In this document: piece after piece, positions 27,961 through 40,564 of the stretch
Numbering within the stretch: the stretch's first letter is position 1
Layout: each line of letters opens with the position of its first letter
Assembly: GCA_964016885.1 (NCBI GenBank)
Contig: CAXHJY010000928.1
Location: 310,001-374,000 of the forward strand
DNA: 64,000 nucleotides
Direction: 5' to 3'
Source: Eledone cirrhosa
Taxonomy: Eukaryota
The notes under the pieces: generated by a model
Seen by the model: the letters and a program-made list of their open reading frames with translations, nothing else
The model's database searches: none
What the model was told of the DNA's origin: nothing
Position numbers and translations under genes: made by a program

Positions 27961-28485
27961 TAGCCACGGAGTAGGCAGAGCCAGAAAAACCTGGGACGAC
28001 TTGATAAATTCCGACCTTACACACTTACACCTCTCTAAGACAATGTCACTGGACCAAGATCTTTGGCGCTACACAGTAATACAGAAGACCCGCCTTACCT
28101 AAATACAAAATGAAACCTACTATAGTCAGTAGGCACCTCTAACAAAATACACCCCCGTCCCACTGCCCCCACCCCATCCACACCACCCCTTTCAATGTAA
28201 AGTTATGTACCACAACATCCAGTCTGAAACAAATGAGGTCATGTAGGTGTCACGACAAAAAAACACACAGTCCACGCTGTAATGTGGCCGTGTAGGTAAC
28301 ACGGTAAAAACCTCCCAGTTCCACACCGTAAATGTGGTTGGTGTTAGGAAGGGGATCCAGCTGTAGAAAACCCTCCAGACAGTCCTATGCGAGCAAGACA
28401 ACCACTCTTGCCTCAAGTGGGAAAACTCCAGTCCAAGCCCATGTAAGCGTGGAAGATGGACGTTAAACGATGATGATGATGATGA
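27958..28485 (+). mobile_element. RTE family B 3' fragment, tail-to-tail with another RTE 3' UTR (28501-28905, minus)
   Basis: Match to family B 3' end; (GAT)n-(TA)n-(CAT)n junction. Confidence 0.85.
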
Positions 28486-29273
28486 TATATATATATATAT
28501 CATCATCATCATCATCATCGTTTAACGTCTATCTTCCATGCTAGAATGGGTTAGATGGGTTTGTCCCACTTGAGGCAAGATTGGTTGGGTGACCATGTCT
28601 CACTCATACAGAAATGTTTCTGGCTAGTAATTCTACAGCTGGATGCCCTTCCTAACACTAACCACATTTACAGTATGGACTAGGAGCCTTTTTACCGTGT
28701 CACCTACATGACCACTTTACAGTGTGGACTGGGTGCTTTTTGTCATGACACCTACACAACCACTTTACAGTGTAGGTTGGATGTTCTGTGGTACCAACGT
28801 AACTTTACAGAGAAAGGGTGGTGTGGGAGGATGGAGTAGGGGTTATGAGGTGGGGTGTATATTGGGTTAACCTACTGACTGTAGGTTTAAGTTTGTATCT
28901 ACTATATATGATATTGTCCAAGGAAAAGGCAAAGTCTGATACAGCTGACACCAGTGATATAACAACATATTCTGTATATATACTCTATATATCTGCTATA
29001 TATACACTATAAACTCTATATATCTACAATATATGATGTCCAAGGGAAAGGTGAAGGCTGATACAGCTTGGCACCAGTGATGTCACAACTCATTTCTACA
29101 GCTGAGTAAATTGGAGCAACATGAAATAAAGTATCTTGCTCAAGAATACAACACATTGCTTGGTCAGAGAATCAAACTTCACAGTTGTCAATCCAACAAT
29201 CTAACCACTAAACTATATATCTTCACATATACAACATACATACACACATATATATATATATATATGAAACTGG

Positions 29274-30112
29274 GCCTGATTCCGTCAGGGAAATGGCCAT
29301 GTTTGATATGCAGAAAAGGAACTGGCATAAATTCTATAAAATGCACACAATGCAGAGCCTGGGTACACAAGAGATGTAGCGGGATAGCAGGCAAACTAAC
29401 AGGTAGGGAGAAATATGTATGCAGTAGATGTACAGGGAAATTAGACAGTAGAAGTCGCATTGATAGACACATTTTTCAAATGCAGGAGGGCGCTATAGAA
29501 GTGGTGGATAGCTTCCGGTACCTAGGAGATCAGATTAGCATGGGAGGAGGGTGTTCCGAGGCCATAGTATCTAGAATAAGGACAGGTTGGAAGAAGTTTA
29601 GGGATCTGCTTCCTCTGTTGACGAAGAAGGGTTTCTCCCTGCGTACGAAAGGCCGGTTGTATGATGCCTGTGTGAGGAGCGCGATGCTGCATGGTAGTGA
29701 GACATGGGCAGCAACTGCAGAGGATATGCGACGGATGGAGAGAAATGAGGCAAGCATGCTCCGTTGGATGTGCAGTGTAAATGTGCGTGAACGACTCAGC
29801 ATAAATGTGTTGAGAGAGAAACTGTGTCTGAGAGGGATAGAATGTAGTGTACGGGAGAGGAGACTGAGGTGGTATGGACATGTGATGCGCATGGAGGATG
29901 ACCGATGGGTAAAGAAGTGCCAAGAAATCCCAGTAGAGGTAGACCACGAAAAACATGGGCGGAGGTGGTGAGAACAGACCTCAGATCATTGAAGCTCACG
30001 GTGGAGATGACGAGGGACCTTGACGAGTGGAGAGATGCTGTGTTGAATAAGACCCGTCCCACCCGTGCAAGCAGGGAAAAGCGGACGTAAAATGATGATG
30101 ATGGTGATGATG
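29274..30112 (+). mobile_element. RTE family A 3' fragment
   Basis: Near-identical to 39290-40150. Confidence 0.93.
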
Positions 30113-30197
30113 GGCCATTGAAATACATATAGTGTTTTCACAGAATTACAACTTTAAAGAAAATTTCCATTTGTTGATTTTAATGATTATATATAGA

Positions 30198-30240
<43 letters not shown>

Positions 30241-30245
<5 letters not shown>

Positions 30246-31497
30246 GGCCAGCTGAAAAGGTCATAGGCTGACCAAGATACTCTCATGGAATGGGACTAAA
30301 TGGGGTTTATTTTTTAAAATAGTCCCACTTGCGGCTCATACACTTCTTCCATCTATGTTGTAGTACTTGGATCCTATTGATGAAGAAGCTTTCATCCTGT
30401 TGGTCAACAAAGTCATCAACAGCAGATATGCCTTCACCATCACTGCAATACAGGTTCCCAGCTGAATGTTTTTTCATGTTGGGCAACAGATGATAATCAG
30501 ATGGGGCCAAATCAGGAGAATAGGGAGGGTGATCAACCAGTTTAAAGTCACATTCATGCATAACAGCCATTGGAACGAGAGTATTGTCCTGATGAAACAA
30601 GACTCTTTTCGTCAGTTTTCCTGGGTATTTGGTCTTTTATACCTTCCTTAGCAAGTTGGTATAGTACTCTCCATTGATGGTGTGGCACTTTTGAAGATAA
30701 ACACAATGCCTTTTGCATCCACAAAAACTGAGGTCATCACCTTTCTTGCAGATAAAACAACCTTGGCCTTCTTTCAAGCAGATAAGGAAGGGTGTTTCCA
30801 CTGGATTGATTGTCTCTTTGTCTCTGGTTCAAAGTGATAAACACTCATCCTGGGTTAGGAAGTATTTGAGGAAACTAGCTAGATTTACCTCAATGTCAGA
30901 TTTTCCCATGATGTGATCAACCTGGTGTGCTTTTGATCAGGTGTCAGAAGATGTGGCACCCACCAAGCAGAAACCTATGTCATGCCAAGTTTATTGTACA
31001 GTATATTCTCAACTCTCTCATGTGGTATACTAACAACATTAGCTATTTGATTTATAGTCAATTGCCTGTCATCCATCTCACCATGTGGTGGACATAATGT
31101 TTTCCTTGGTGGTGGCAGTTACAAGACATCCAGTACTTGCGTTATCTTCAAGACTCTCCTTTCCTCTCCTCAATTCAGCTGCTCTCTTTTGCACTGTTGA
31201 TAAAGCTGAAGTGATATCTCCTAATGTAGCAACCATGTCAACATGAATGTCCTTGGGGGGGTAAACCCATTTTCTGCAGGTACTTGATAACACCACAATA
31301 CCAAATTTTGTCCATTTTCAAGAGAAGTCACTACTAGTTACTTTTGAAGTCTTCTTTGAATAGTTAGATGTCAGTTTACCTGGAAAGAAACAATTCAGTT
31401 ATTAATAGGGAGAGTTGAAATTAATGAATGCAAGATTTCACAGCTCTAGCATCACTGCTTTATAGTCAGCCTATGAACTTTTCAGCCCACCTTCGTG
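30241..31497 (-). mobile_element. Decayed mariner (Tc1/mariner, DD34D type) transposon
   Basis: TIRs gagggccagctgaaaaggtcataggctgac / gtcagcctatgaacttttcagcccaccttc in TA context; FHQDN..HPPYSPDLAPSDYHL (ORF 30307-30600); about 1.26 kb. Confidence 0.9.
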
Positions 31498-31788
31498 TAT
31501 GTGTGTGTATATATATATATATATGAATGTAGATAAAAACAATGTCTTGTTTTAACAGACCTTTCCTATGTTAAAACAGGGTGCTTCATTTGTTTGTTTT
31601 TTTACATTCATTTTAGAAGCAGGTATTTTATGTAATGTATTAGGAGGAAAAACAGTTTTATTTTTCTTTGTCCTCCACTACTCAATACCACCTTTATATA
31701 TCTCTATCTGCATTGTACCAGCATTCTGAAGTTCTTATCACTTATTACATTCAACAGAGAAAGCTGATGTTAAAATGACAATGATGAT

Positions 31789-31824
<36 letters not shown>

Positions 31825-31940
31825 GGTTGCTTGGATGCTTCCATAGGCTGAATGTCGGTTGAGCACTCTATCCTCCTTCGGAGTAGAGTATGATGTTATG
31901 GAAAACAAAGAATCAGTGATGCATCAAAACACAATTTATT

Positions 31941-32035
31941 AACGCATTACAATTGTTTCTCTGGAGAACAGCTTGAGGTGCGATCAATTTGAGGATCAAA
32001 CCTGACTCTGGATTCACAAGTTCCTCAGATACGTC
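31941..32035 (-). ncRNA. Hammerhead motif with extended stem II, in an orphan non-coding element (~31822-32440)
   Basis: GACGUAU-CUGAGGA-[~60 nt]-GAAAC-AAUU-GUA-AUGCGUU then AATAAA. Confidence 0.65.
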
Positions 32036-32444
32036 TAGTGACTTCGAAGTAAATCCTCTGTCTATTGGACTTCAACCCTTAGAATTTCCATCATCTGCCA
32101 TCATCCTATTTGCGCGGCCCATCGTTTGTATATTTGACGTCATCTGTATATTTGACCGTTCTAAACTGCCCACTGACCATTTCCATTGAGGCGTGAGCTG
32201 TCACTCACCTTAATTCTGTCACCAGAATTACTGCTACATGGACATAGGGTTATGATCTGCCTTGCCTGTCCCTAGCTTGCCCGCAGCCCGACACACACAC
32301 ACCCACATACACGAGTGTTCACACACAGACATTCTGAGCTCTTGATCACACACTTATCTGTGTAGACACGCACACACACACATGCGTATGCTCACACGTG
32401 TGCTCATACACGCATCACTGATTCTTTGTTTTCCATATTATATC

Positions 32445-32638
32445 AATAATTGTTTCTACTTTTGGCACAAGGCCAGCAATTACCCAGTGCATTACTGGTA
32501 CTTTATTTTATCGACCCCGTAAGGATGAAAGGCAAAGTTAACCTCGGCGGGATTTGAACTAAGATCATAAAGGCCCGTAACTCTATGCTACAAAGCATGG
32601 CGTCCAGCCCTCTACCGATACTGCCAATCCACCGCCCT
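32445..32638 (-). mobile_element. Second SINE family, near full length
   Basis: A box tggcagtatcggt, B box gttcaaatcc, central gcctttcatccttacggggtcgataaa. Confidence 0.82.
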
Positions 32639-33267
32639 ATATATATCAATAATGTTTGGTTTGGTGGTGGTGGTGTTGTTATCGTCATTGGTTGAGGTGT
32701 TGATGATTTCAAACAAACCAACAAAGAAAATCAATCTGCATATTTCGATATTTTTATTCATATTTTTTTCATGTTGTGCAATGGCACCACATAGCAGAGT
32801 ATACCGGCACCAGAATATTTACAAGTTTTGATACAATAGAGAATGTTTTGTCCAATGTTTGCTAGATGTTTGTTCATAGATAAAAGTATTTTGTTGTGGT
32901 ATGTTGGAATTTGTGAATGAATGTGTGAATATAGAGACATTGGTTGAGATAAGATATTGCCTTGTGTAAACAGATTTACTGGTCCAGCTGCAACAGTGCC
33001 TTAATGACACTGCTATAGCTGAGTGAGGTCTGTCAACTGTGTCAGGGACCAGCAGAGAGAAGAAGAGTTCAGAGCCAGTTTGATTTGTTTTAGATACGTT
33101 GGAGTTCATTATAGTTGTTATAGCTATTTTTAGTGGTCTGTAATTCATATCCAGTGATTTAGCCATGATAATTTCACTATGTGCACTGTGCACACACATT
33201 GTAAACAATGAGGTCGAAATCACTGGATATCAATCTGAACCCTTATTATTATTATTATTATGGTCTG

Positions 33268-33400
33268 AGTTCAAAGCCCACCGAGGTTAACTTTGCCTTT
33301 CATCCTTACGGGGTCGATAAAATAAAGTACCAGTAATACACTGGGATAATTGCTGGCCTTGTGCCAAAAGTAGAAACAACTATTATTATTATTATTATTA
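33268..33400 (+). mobile_element. Second SINE family, truncated
   Basis: Match to 25133 copy; (ATT)n tail. Confidence 0.8.
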
Positions 33401-33589
33401 TAATATATATATATATATATGTAGAAGAGATATTCAATTTGTTGGAAATCCAACAAATATAGATGTTTATAACTGATTCAGAGCACTCTACAGATTTCTG
33501 GAGTAAGTATTCAATGATATTTCCAGGGATAACTTGAACCATTAAGGTATATTATCCTTGGTTATGTCAAATATTTATAAAACATTTTG

Positions 33590-33650
33590 TATTTTATCTG
33601 ATGATAGCGTACCAAAATTTTGGTGCCCTTGAATTATATATAATAGAATA
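33590..33650 (+). ncRNA. Degenerate hammerhead (family of 15330)
   Basis: UAUUUUAU-CUGAUGA-..GUACCA/UGGUGC..-GAAU-UAUAU-AUA-AUAGAAUA; flanks homologous to 15290-15435. Confidence 0.55.
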
Positions 33651-33853
33651 AATATGGTTTTATAAATATAGTTTCCATTTGTTAATATCATTGTATATAT
33701 ATATATAAGGATTAAAATACTGGAGCGTATTGGATTTAAACACCCTCTTCGTATTATAGAAATGACAGTAAAAGGTATAGCTCAATGTAATTAAACAGAG
33801 CTGAAGAATTATGAAAATAAAACAAAGAAGCCTTCAATACATCAAAAGTCTTT

Positions 33854-33900
33854 ATTAGCCAACAATGTTTCGTCCTATTAAGGACTCATCAGGGCAATCA
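33854..33900 (-). ncRNA. Hammerhead ribozyme in PLE 3' pLTR
   Basis: GCC-CUGAUGA-GUCC-UUAAUA-GGAC-GAAAC-AUU-GUU-GGC then AATAAA. Confidence 0.88.
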
Positions 33901-35531
33901 AAACCACAAGAAGTACTATCGGCCAATACAAGCCGAAAACTCCGAAGAATATGGAGTGTACATACACTAAAGTATTGGAAGATTATGGGTAAAAATATAT
34001 AATAAAAATCACTAAGGAGGTGGATAACATTTTGAACCATATTACAAATATAGTCCAAAGCAAAAAAACTAGAGCTAAACAAAGGTGGTTATATAGAGTG
34101 GCAATTATAGTACTATATATAATACAATATAATATAATATACTTGTAACAATATTAAAATTAAAATTAAAAGGCACAATATACATATGTATATATGTACG
34201 CACATATACATATACATCAATACACATATCCATCATTAACAGCACAAATTAAACCTTATTAAGAGTTTAAATATAAATAAGCATAATAGGAATAAAAATA
34301 ATAATAATACGTATATCTAATATATAGTATAACATGAAGTAATGAAATGATTAAAAGTAACACATATAATATATAATAAACTATATAATTATATAATATA
34401 TAATATAATATAATAGATAATCTCCGGTTAATTTACACAAACAATATAGATGTCACAATAATACTATAATAATAATATAATAATATATAATATATAATGG
34501 CATGTAAGTTAACAAATCAATTCATATAGAGTTACAGAGTAGGTGAGAAAAAAATATAAATTGTACAATACCCAAAATTATGATGGTACAAAAATATAAA
34601 CATCTTACATGATATATAAAATTTAACATATCAAAATGGTACATAAAATCATCGGTAAGTAATAAGGATCAATAGTACAATAACAACTTCAATATAAAAT
34701 AATGAACATAATATAATATATAATTACTTATAATTACAAGGTTGGTAAACAGACACATATATGAATGAGTGAATAAGGCCCAGACAGAAAATACTATGCG
34801 CAGTAGTATTAATAAATAAATAAATAAAATCAACCGGAAATTAAAAACAAAAACAAAAGTATTTACTTAGGTCTCACATGCAGTTAAGTAAAAACTTAGG
34901 AAACAACCCAGATAAATGACTAGAAAACCCTATTTGATAAATTAATATTGAAAATATTGAAAATACCTAATAAGGCAATACAATATTAGCTATGGTTTAA
35001 GTAATCAAAATTCCTAAACATTAATATTTCACTATAAATATATATATAAAGGAATGAAATATTCTACTATCATTTACATAACGATATAAAAAAAACTGAC
35101 TTAAGCAGAATTATGGTAGGCTAATAGGGACAGAAAAAAGAAATGTATGAAGGATACAAAGGAGCATAAAATCATGATCAATATACTGTATTATATAATA
35201 GAAAGGAGCATAAAAGAGGGGGGGATTAAATATAATCATAATATATTTGAAGGGGTTGGCAATAAGTTTATGTGTGCATGGGGGGGGGGGTTATCCAAAG
35301 AAGAATCCAAATAAAATAAAATAAAATAATATAAAATATATAATCAGATATATACTCATAAGGTGTTAATAGTGAAAATTTAATGTGTAAGAAGATAGAT
35401 ATGGTATAGTAGCCAAAAGATTATGAGAACTAGAATAAAAAGTTGTCAAAAACCAATGATAATAATGATGATAATAATGGTGGTAAACAAAAAGAACCTA
35501 AACTAAAAAAATAAGTAATGGAATATATCAG

Positions 35532-38246
35532 CTAATGGATACAATTTACACTACTAGAACCTTTAGGTTTATAATAAAAGTAAGAATTAGAAATAGCGTG
35601 GGGGCAAGAAGAGAATATCTCAGACTTTCTATTAAGTAAGGATTCACTAGAGAAAATTATAGAGTGTGTCTCGAGGATACAGAGATTACAAAATTTAGTA
35701 TGTGTAGAAAGGTTATTAGAGCGTGCTACTAAACGCCAATTAAGGCTATATGGTATATTAGCCCCCTTAAGATCCCAGATATAGTGTGCTAAAGAAGTAG
35801 AATTCTTAAACTTAACATGTTTGAAATTAGAGGTATGAGAATTAAACCTAGTCTTAAAAGTGTTAGATGTAGAGCCTATATAAGTTCTATTAGAGGAATT
35901 AGTTATAACTGCGCAAGCATAGACGATGTTCTTAGAGAGGCAGTTACCGTTTAAAGGGCAGTTAGCACTCACTCTACAGTTACACTTCCGGGTGCTATTG
36001 ATTGGCTGAAGTAGTGATGCATTACACGTAGGATTACTATTAGATAAGGTCTGCTCTGGTGGTAAGGCATTTGCAGATCCGTTCAGACTAGTAGTATGTA
36101 GAGTGGAGTATCCATCCCTAATTTTCCTATTGTTAGTGCTAGCTAAATGAGAACTAATATTAGGGGTGGTAGAGAATGAAAGTTTAATAACATTTTTATT
36201 AAAAATACTATGGTATTTATGAGAAGGGGGGAAATTTTTCTCTAAGATAGAAAAGAAAGACCTAGGGATATTAGTTAATACTTCCTGATTATATGGCGGG
36301 TTAAAATAAGTATTTAGTCTCCTTCTATTTTTATCCTTTCCGACTCTACAATTATCTAATATCCCATTATTAAGACTAGGGTTATTACAAGGATTAGTTA
36401 AAACTGCATTATTAGAATCAGCCAAAATTCCATTAAGTCTCTTACTGTTTCTACCTCTAGTAGATCTGCTGCTGTCTGGAATCCTATCAAAAGGATTAGG
36501 GCCAATAATAGGATCAGTAGAAACAACATTATTAGAATTAGATTTAGCAAAATCATCACCAATGAGTGAGCGCTCAGAGGGTTTGACTTGATTCCTAGAG
36601 GTATTATATTCCCTATTACGAGTCCGGTGGGTTAACTTATGGATGGGTTTAGATACCCCTATGTAATTTCTACGATTATTATGCTTCCTATTCCCATTCA
36701 TGGCCATGTTATGGGATATTATGTTATTATTATATGTAAGCGGAGACTTTCTAAGGTTACTATTATTATAATGTATTTTACTAGAGTAACCGGAATTAGC
36801 TAGGGCATTATTATAGTACTCCACATGTTCATTAAATGTTCCTACGTCCTTAGAGAGTGTGGAAATCCTATTAGATACCCCATTAATTATAGAGCTTATC
36901 ATAGATTTGGGGTGGTTAGAATTGGGACTAACATAAGAAAGTATTTCATTAGGCTTATGGAAGGGTTTAAAACTATTAGTGACCAAGTCCAAAGTCACAT
37001 CTAAAAAGTTAACCGCTCTATCATTTCTATCTATCGTGATCGAAAGGTTATAGCTTTTAAAAAACTTATAAAGCTTCTTCTTATTATGCTCGATATTGTT
37101 GGTGCTAGAGTTAATAACAAACAATGCATCGTCACGATATAGTCCGCCATTAAGGTGCGGAAAGGTAACATATAGTTCATTTAGGAGGAACAACCCAACA
37201 AGATCAGTTACCTGGGCCGAATCACTCGAACCCATTGTAACGTCGAAATTGTTGGGCGTGTTTTTACGGGTCCAAAATGTGTCCTCAAAATTAATAATAG
37301 TTCTACAGGCTGCTAGTATAATATCTACCTGTGATCGTGTAAGGCTGGACACTCTCATGGCCAACATTAAGGCTTTATTGAGGAGAATGGGTGAAATCGA
37401 TGTGTAGTAGGCATCAATATCGAACTGGATAAACTTATTAGATTCAAGTTTATTAATCCCAGAGAACCAATCTATAACTTCCTTAGTGTTCCCCCATAGG
37501 TTAAAATTAACTTTATCCCTAACATCTGGTATAATAAGGTCAAGGATTTTTTTACTGATTATGGCTATATCGGACTTAGAAGGACAGATGAGTCTAACAG
37601 AGGGGTTACTAATGAAGTCTACCTTATGATCCTTAAGAGTGAATCTCGGTTCTCTAGGGTAATATGGCTGGGTATACTTATCAAGGCCGAGGTCCGAGAC
37701 TATTTTAAGACCCTCACTATTGATATGGTTCAAATTATCTAGTGTAGTCTTTTTATAATTTTTATGCAGCTCCTTATAAATAAAATCACGGTAAGCACTG
37801 TAATCCATAGAGTATAGATTCTTAGTCTTATCCGCCAGGACAAGAATAGACTTATTCGCACTAAAACCCTTAACAATATTTTTAAGTCTAGACTGGAACT
37901 TATCAAATTTATTATAATTTCTATGTCTATTATTTGGCCTATACTTAATATTTTTGACAAGAGAGAGTAAGTCACTTTCAAAATTATCTAATAGAACATT
38001 ATGTGGTGGGCTCTTATAAGTTTTGAAGCCATAGTTATTAAAATTTGTTCTATTCTTGGGGTCCTTCCTATTCCTATTAATATCATAGTGGAAAGCACGC
38101 CATCTAATCCTTTTTACGAAGGAGTTAACACTAGCAATCAATAGTTTTTCATAAGTATTCTTAGAGGGGGTGGGAATATTCTTCAGAGATAAAGGCAGGT
38201 AACTCTTTGTTAGCATACTGTCAGATATATATAAAGGCCAAAACAC
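35532..38246 (-). CDS. PLE polyprotein: reverse transcriptase + GIY-YIG endonuclease, 904 codons
   Basis: ADKT, FDIDAYYTSI, MGSSDSAQVTDL, GLYRDD, FLDV, YFNPPY, CNCRVSANCPL, IVY..YIGST..FKTRFNSH, CNLC..E, LLNRKSE; first ATG near 38215. Confidence 0.93.
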   Translation of the reverse strand: MFWPLYISDSMLTKSYLPLSLKNIPTPSKNTYEKLLIASVNSFVKRIRWRAFHYDINRNRKDPKNRTNFNNYGFKTYKSPPHNVLLDNFESDLLSLVKNIKYRPNNRHRNYNKFDKFQSRLKNIVKGFSANKSILVLADKTKNLYSMDYSAYRDFIYKELHKNYKKTTLDNLNHINSEGLKIVSDLGLDKYTQPYYPREPRFTLKDHKVDFISNPSVRLICPSKSDIAIISKKILDLIIPDVRDKVNFNLWGNTKEVIDWFSGINKLESNKFIQFDIDAYYTSISPILLNKALMLAMRVSSLTRSQVDIILAACRTIINFEDTFWTRKNTPNNFDVTMGSSDSAQVTDLVGLFLLNELYVTFPHLNGGLYRDDALFVINSSTNNIEHNKKKLYKFFKSYNLSITIDRNDRAVNFLDVTLDLVTNSFKPFHKPNEILSYVSPNSNHPKSMISSIINGVSNRISTLSKDVGTFNEHVEYYNNALANSGYSSKIHYNNSNLRKSPLTYNNNIISHNMAMNGNRKHNNRRNYIGVSKPIHKLTHRTRNREYNTSRNQVKPSERSLIGDDFAKSNSNNVVSTDPIIGPNPFDRIPDSSRSTRGRNSKRLNGILADSNNAVLTNPCNNPSLNNGILDNCRVGKDKNRRRLNTYFNPPYNQEVLTNIPRSFFSILEKNFPPSHKYHSIFNKNVIKLSFSTTPNISSHLASTNNRKIRDGYSTLHTTSLNGSANALPPEQTLSNSNPTCNASLLQPINSTRKCNCRVSANCPLNGNCLSKNIVYACAVITNSSNRTYIGSTSNTFKTRFNSHTSNFKHVKFKNSTSLAHYIWDLKGANIPYSLNWRLVARSNNLSTHTKFCNLCILETHSIIFSSESLLNRKSEIFSSCPHAISNSYFYYKPKGSSSVNCIH

Positions 38247-38663
38247 CAGTATATAGGAGGAAGCTCAACCAGTCGGGAGCAGTGACAAGGATTAAAATAC
38301 TGGAGCGTATTGGAGTTAAACACCCTCTTCGTATTATAGAAATGACAGTAAAAGGTATAGCTCAATGTAATTAAACAGAGCCGAAGAATTATGAAAATAA
38401 AACAAGTATATATTGTTACAAGTATATTATATTATATTGTATTATATATAGTACTATAATTCCTGCTCTATATAACCACCTTTGTTTAGCTCTAGTTTTT
38501 TTGCTTTGGACTATATTTGTAATATGGTTCAAAATGTTATCCACCTCCTTAGTGATTTTTATTATATATTTTTACTCATAATCTTCCAATACTTTAGTGT
38601 ATGTACACTCCATATTCTTCGGAGTTTTCGGCTTGTATTGGCCGATAGTACTTCTTGTGGTTT

Positions 38664-38712
38664 TGATTGCCCTGATGAGTCCTTAATAGGACGAAACATT
38701 GTTGGCTAATAA
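38664..38712 (+). ncRNA. Hammerhead ribozyme in the inverted pLTR
   Basis: Identical motif: ctgatga gtcc ttaata ggac gaaac att gtt ggc taataaa. Confidence 0.88.
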
Positions 38713-38953
38713 AGACTTTTGATGTATTGAAGGCTTCTTTGTTTTATTTTCATAATATATATATATATATATATATATAGGAAAAGAATCAGGACCCCGA
38801 CGACTGAGCTCCGGCCATTTCGACAGCTAGATCCGAACTAACCCAGCATGCTTTTCCTATTACTCACTCTACAACCCTAAGTATCAAGTACTCTGGTGCG
38901 TTACAGTCCACCTGGTTTCTTACCACACCTTGTTTGTTATATATATATATATA

Positions 38954-40150
38954 GCTTGTAAGGACAATGCAAACTTTGTACAGAGGTACTCTCAGTAAAG
39001 TCAGGGTAGGAATGGAGTTTAGTGAGGAATTCCAGATACAAGTAGGAGTACATCAGGGTTCGGTCCTCAGCCCGCTCTTGTTCATTATAGTCCTCCAAGC
39101 CATAACAGAGGAGTTTAAGACTGGCTGTCCATGGGAACTTCTCTATGCTGACGATCTGGCTCTTATGGCAGAATCAGTAGAGGAGCTAGAGAATAAATTC
39201 CGGCTATGGAAACAGCAGTTGGAAACAAGAGGACTGAGAGTAAATCTAGCTAAGACAAAAGTGTTGATGAGTAGAAAAGAGGACAAAACCCTGATTCCGT
39301 CAGGGAAATGGCCATGTTCGATATGCAGAAAAGGAACTGGCATAAATTCTATAAAATGCACACAATGTAGGTCCTGGGTACACAAGAGATGTAGCGGGAT
39401 AGCAGGCAAACTAACAGGTAGGGAGAAATATGTATGCAGTAGATGTACAGGGAAATTAGACAGTAGAAGTCGCACTGATAGACACATTTTTCAAATGCGA
39501 GAGGGCGCTATAGAAGTGGTGGATAGCTTCCGGTACCTAGGAGATCAGATTAGCATGGGAGGAGGGTGTTCCGAGGCCATAGTATCTAGAATAAGGACGG
39601 GTTGGAAGAAGTTTAGGGAGCTGCTTCCTCTGTTGACGAAGAAGGGTTTCTCCCTGCGTACGAAAGGCCGGTTGTATGATGCCTGTGTGAGGAGCGCGAT
39701 GCTGCATGGTAGTGAGACATGGGCAGCTACCGCAGAAGATATGCGACGGCTGGAGAGAAATGAGGCAAGCATGCTCCGTTGGATGTGCAGTGTAAATGTG
39801 CGTGAACGACCCAGCATAAATGTGTTGAGAGAGAAACTGTGTCTGAGAGGGATAGAATGTAGTGTACGGGAGAGGAGACTGAGGTGGTATGGACATGTGA
39901 TGCGCATGGAGGATGACCGATGGGTGAAGAAGTGCCAGGAAATGCCAGTTGAAGGAAGACGTGGTAGAGGTAGACCACGAAAAACATGGGCGGAGGTGGT
40001 GAGAACAGACCTCAGATCATTGAAGCTCACGGTGGAGATGACGAGGGACCGTGACGAGTGGAGAGATGCTGTGCTGAATAAGACCCGTCCCACCCTTGCA
40101 AGCAGGGAAAAGCGGACGTAAAATGATGATGATGATGATGATGATGATGA
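38954..40150 (+). mobile_element. RTE family A, 5'-truncated, open 384-codon 3' ORF
   Basis: GVHQGSVLSP, YADD, PHD-like cysteine cluster, RRLRWYGH; (GAT)n tail. Confidence 0.95.
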
Positions 40151-40564
40151 TATAGCATGTGGATTCGCAATCGCGAGGTTGTCAGTTTGATTCCTGGACC
40201 GGGCGATGTTATGTCCTTTAGCAAGTCTCTTTATTTCACCTGGAGTTGTGACCAAATAGATAGTATTAACAATTGGAAAGACCAACGGAAACATTGTTTT
40301 CTTGGTCCGATTTGACGAAAGTCAATCAACAAATTTTTTTTTTATATATATGAATGTATGTATATGATGGACTTGTGTAGTTTGTTTTGCCTTTTAAGTC
40401 TCTCCAGTGGTTCTTTCCTTAGACATTCTAGCCACATGTGTAAAGTGTTGGATTGGTCATCTCTCAATTCAGAAAAGTAGCCACTCAACTCAGAGTGACA
40501 ACCTAATCTACGAGCTACACACTCTATTGAATATATTGTTAAATGTTGAAATTCTACTTTACAG

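Larger units (their letters stand above)
33708..38755 (-). mobile_element. Apparently complete Penelope-like retroelement (Naiad-like) with 3' pLTR, partial direct 5' pLTR (38287-38405) and inverted pLTR (~38413-38755)
   Basis: 33708-33825 repeated directly at 38287-38405; ~33810-34152 repeated inverted at ~38413-38755; bounded by (TA)n. Confidence 0.92.

Noticed and set aside
35532-38246. Selenoprotein-type PLE
   Set aside because: The ORF has no in-frame UGA and ends in TAG; no SECIS was identified.
40407-40564. Upstream part of ORF 40407-40682, and of 21288-21554, as coding
   Set aside because: Lies 5' of clear splice acceptors with no STIM similarity; intronic read-through.
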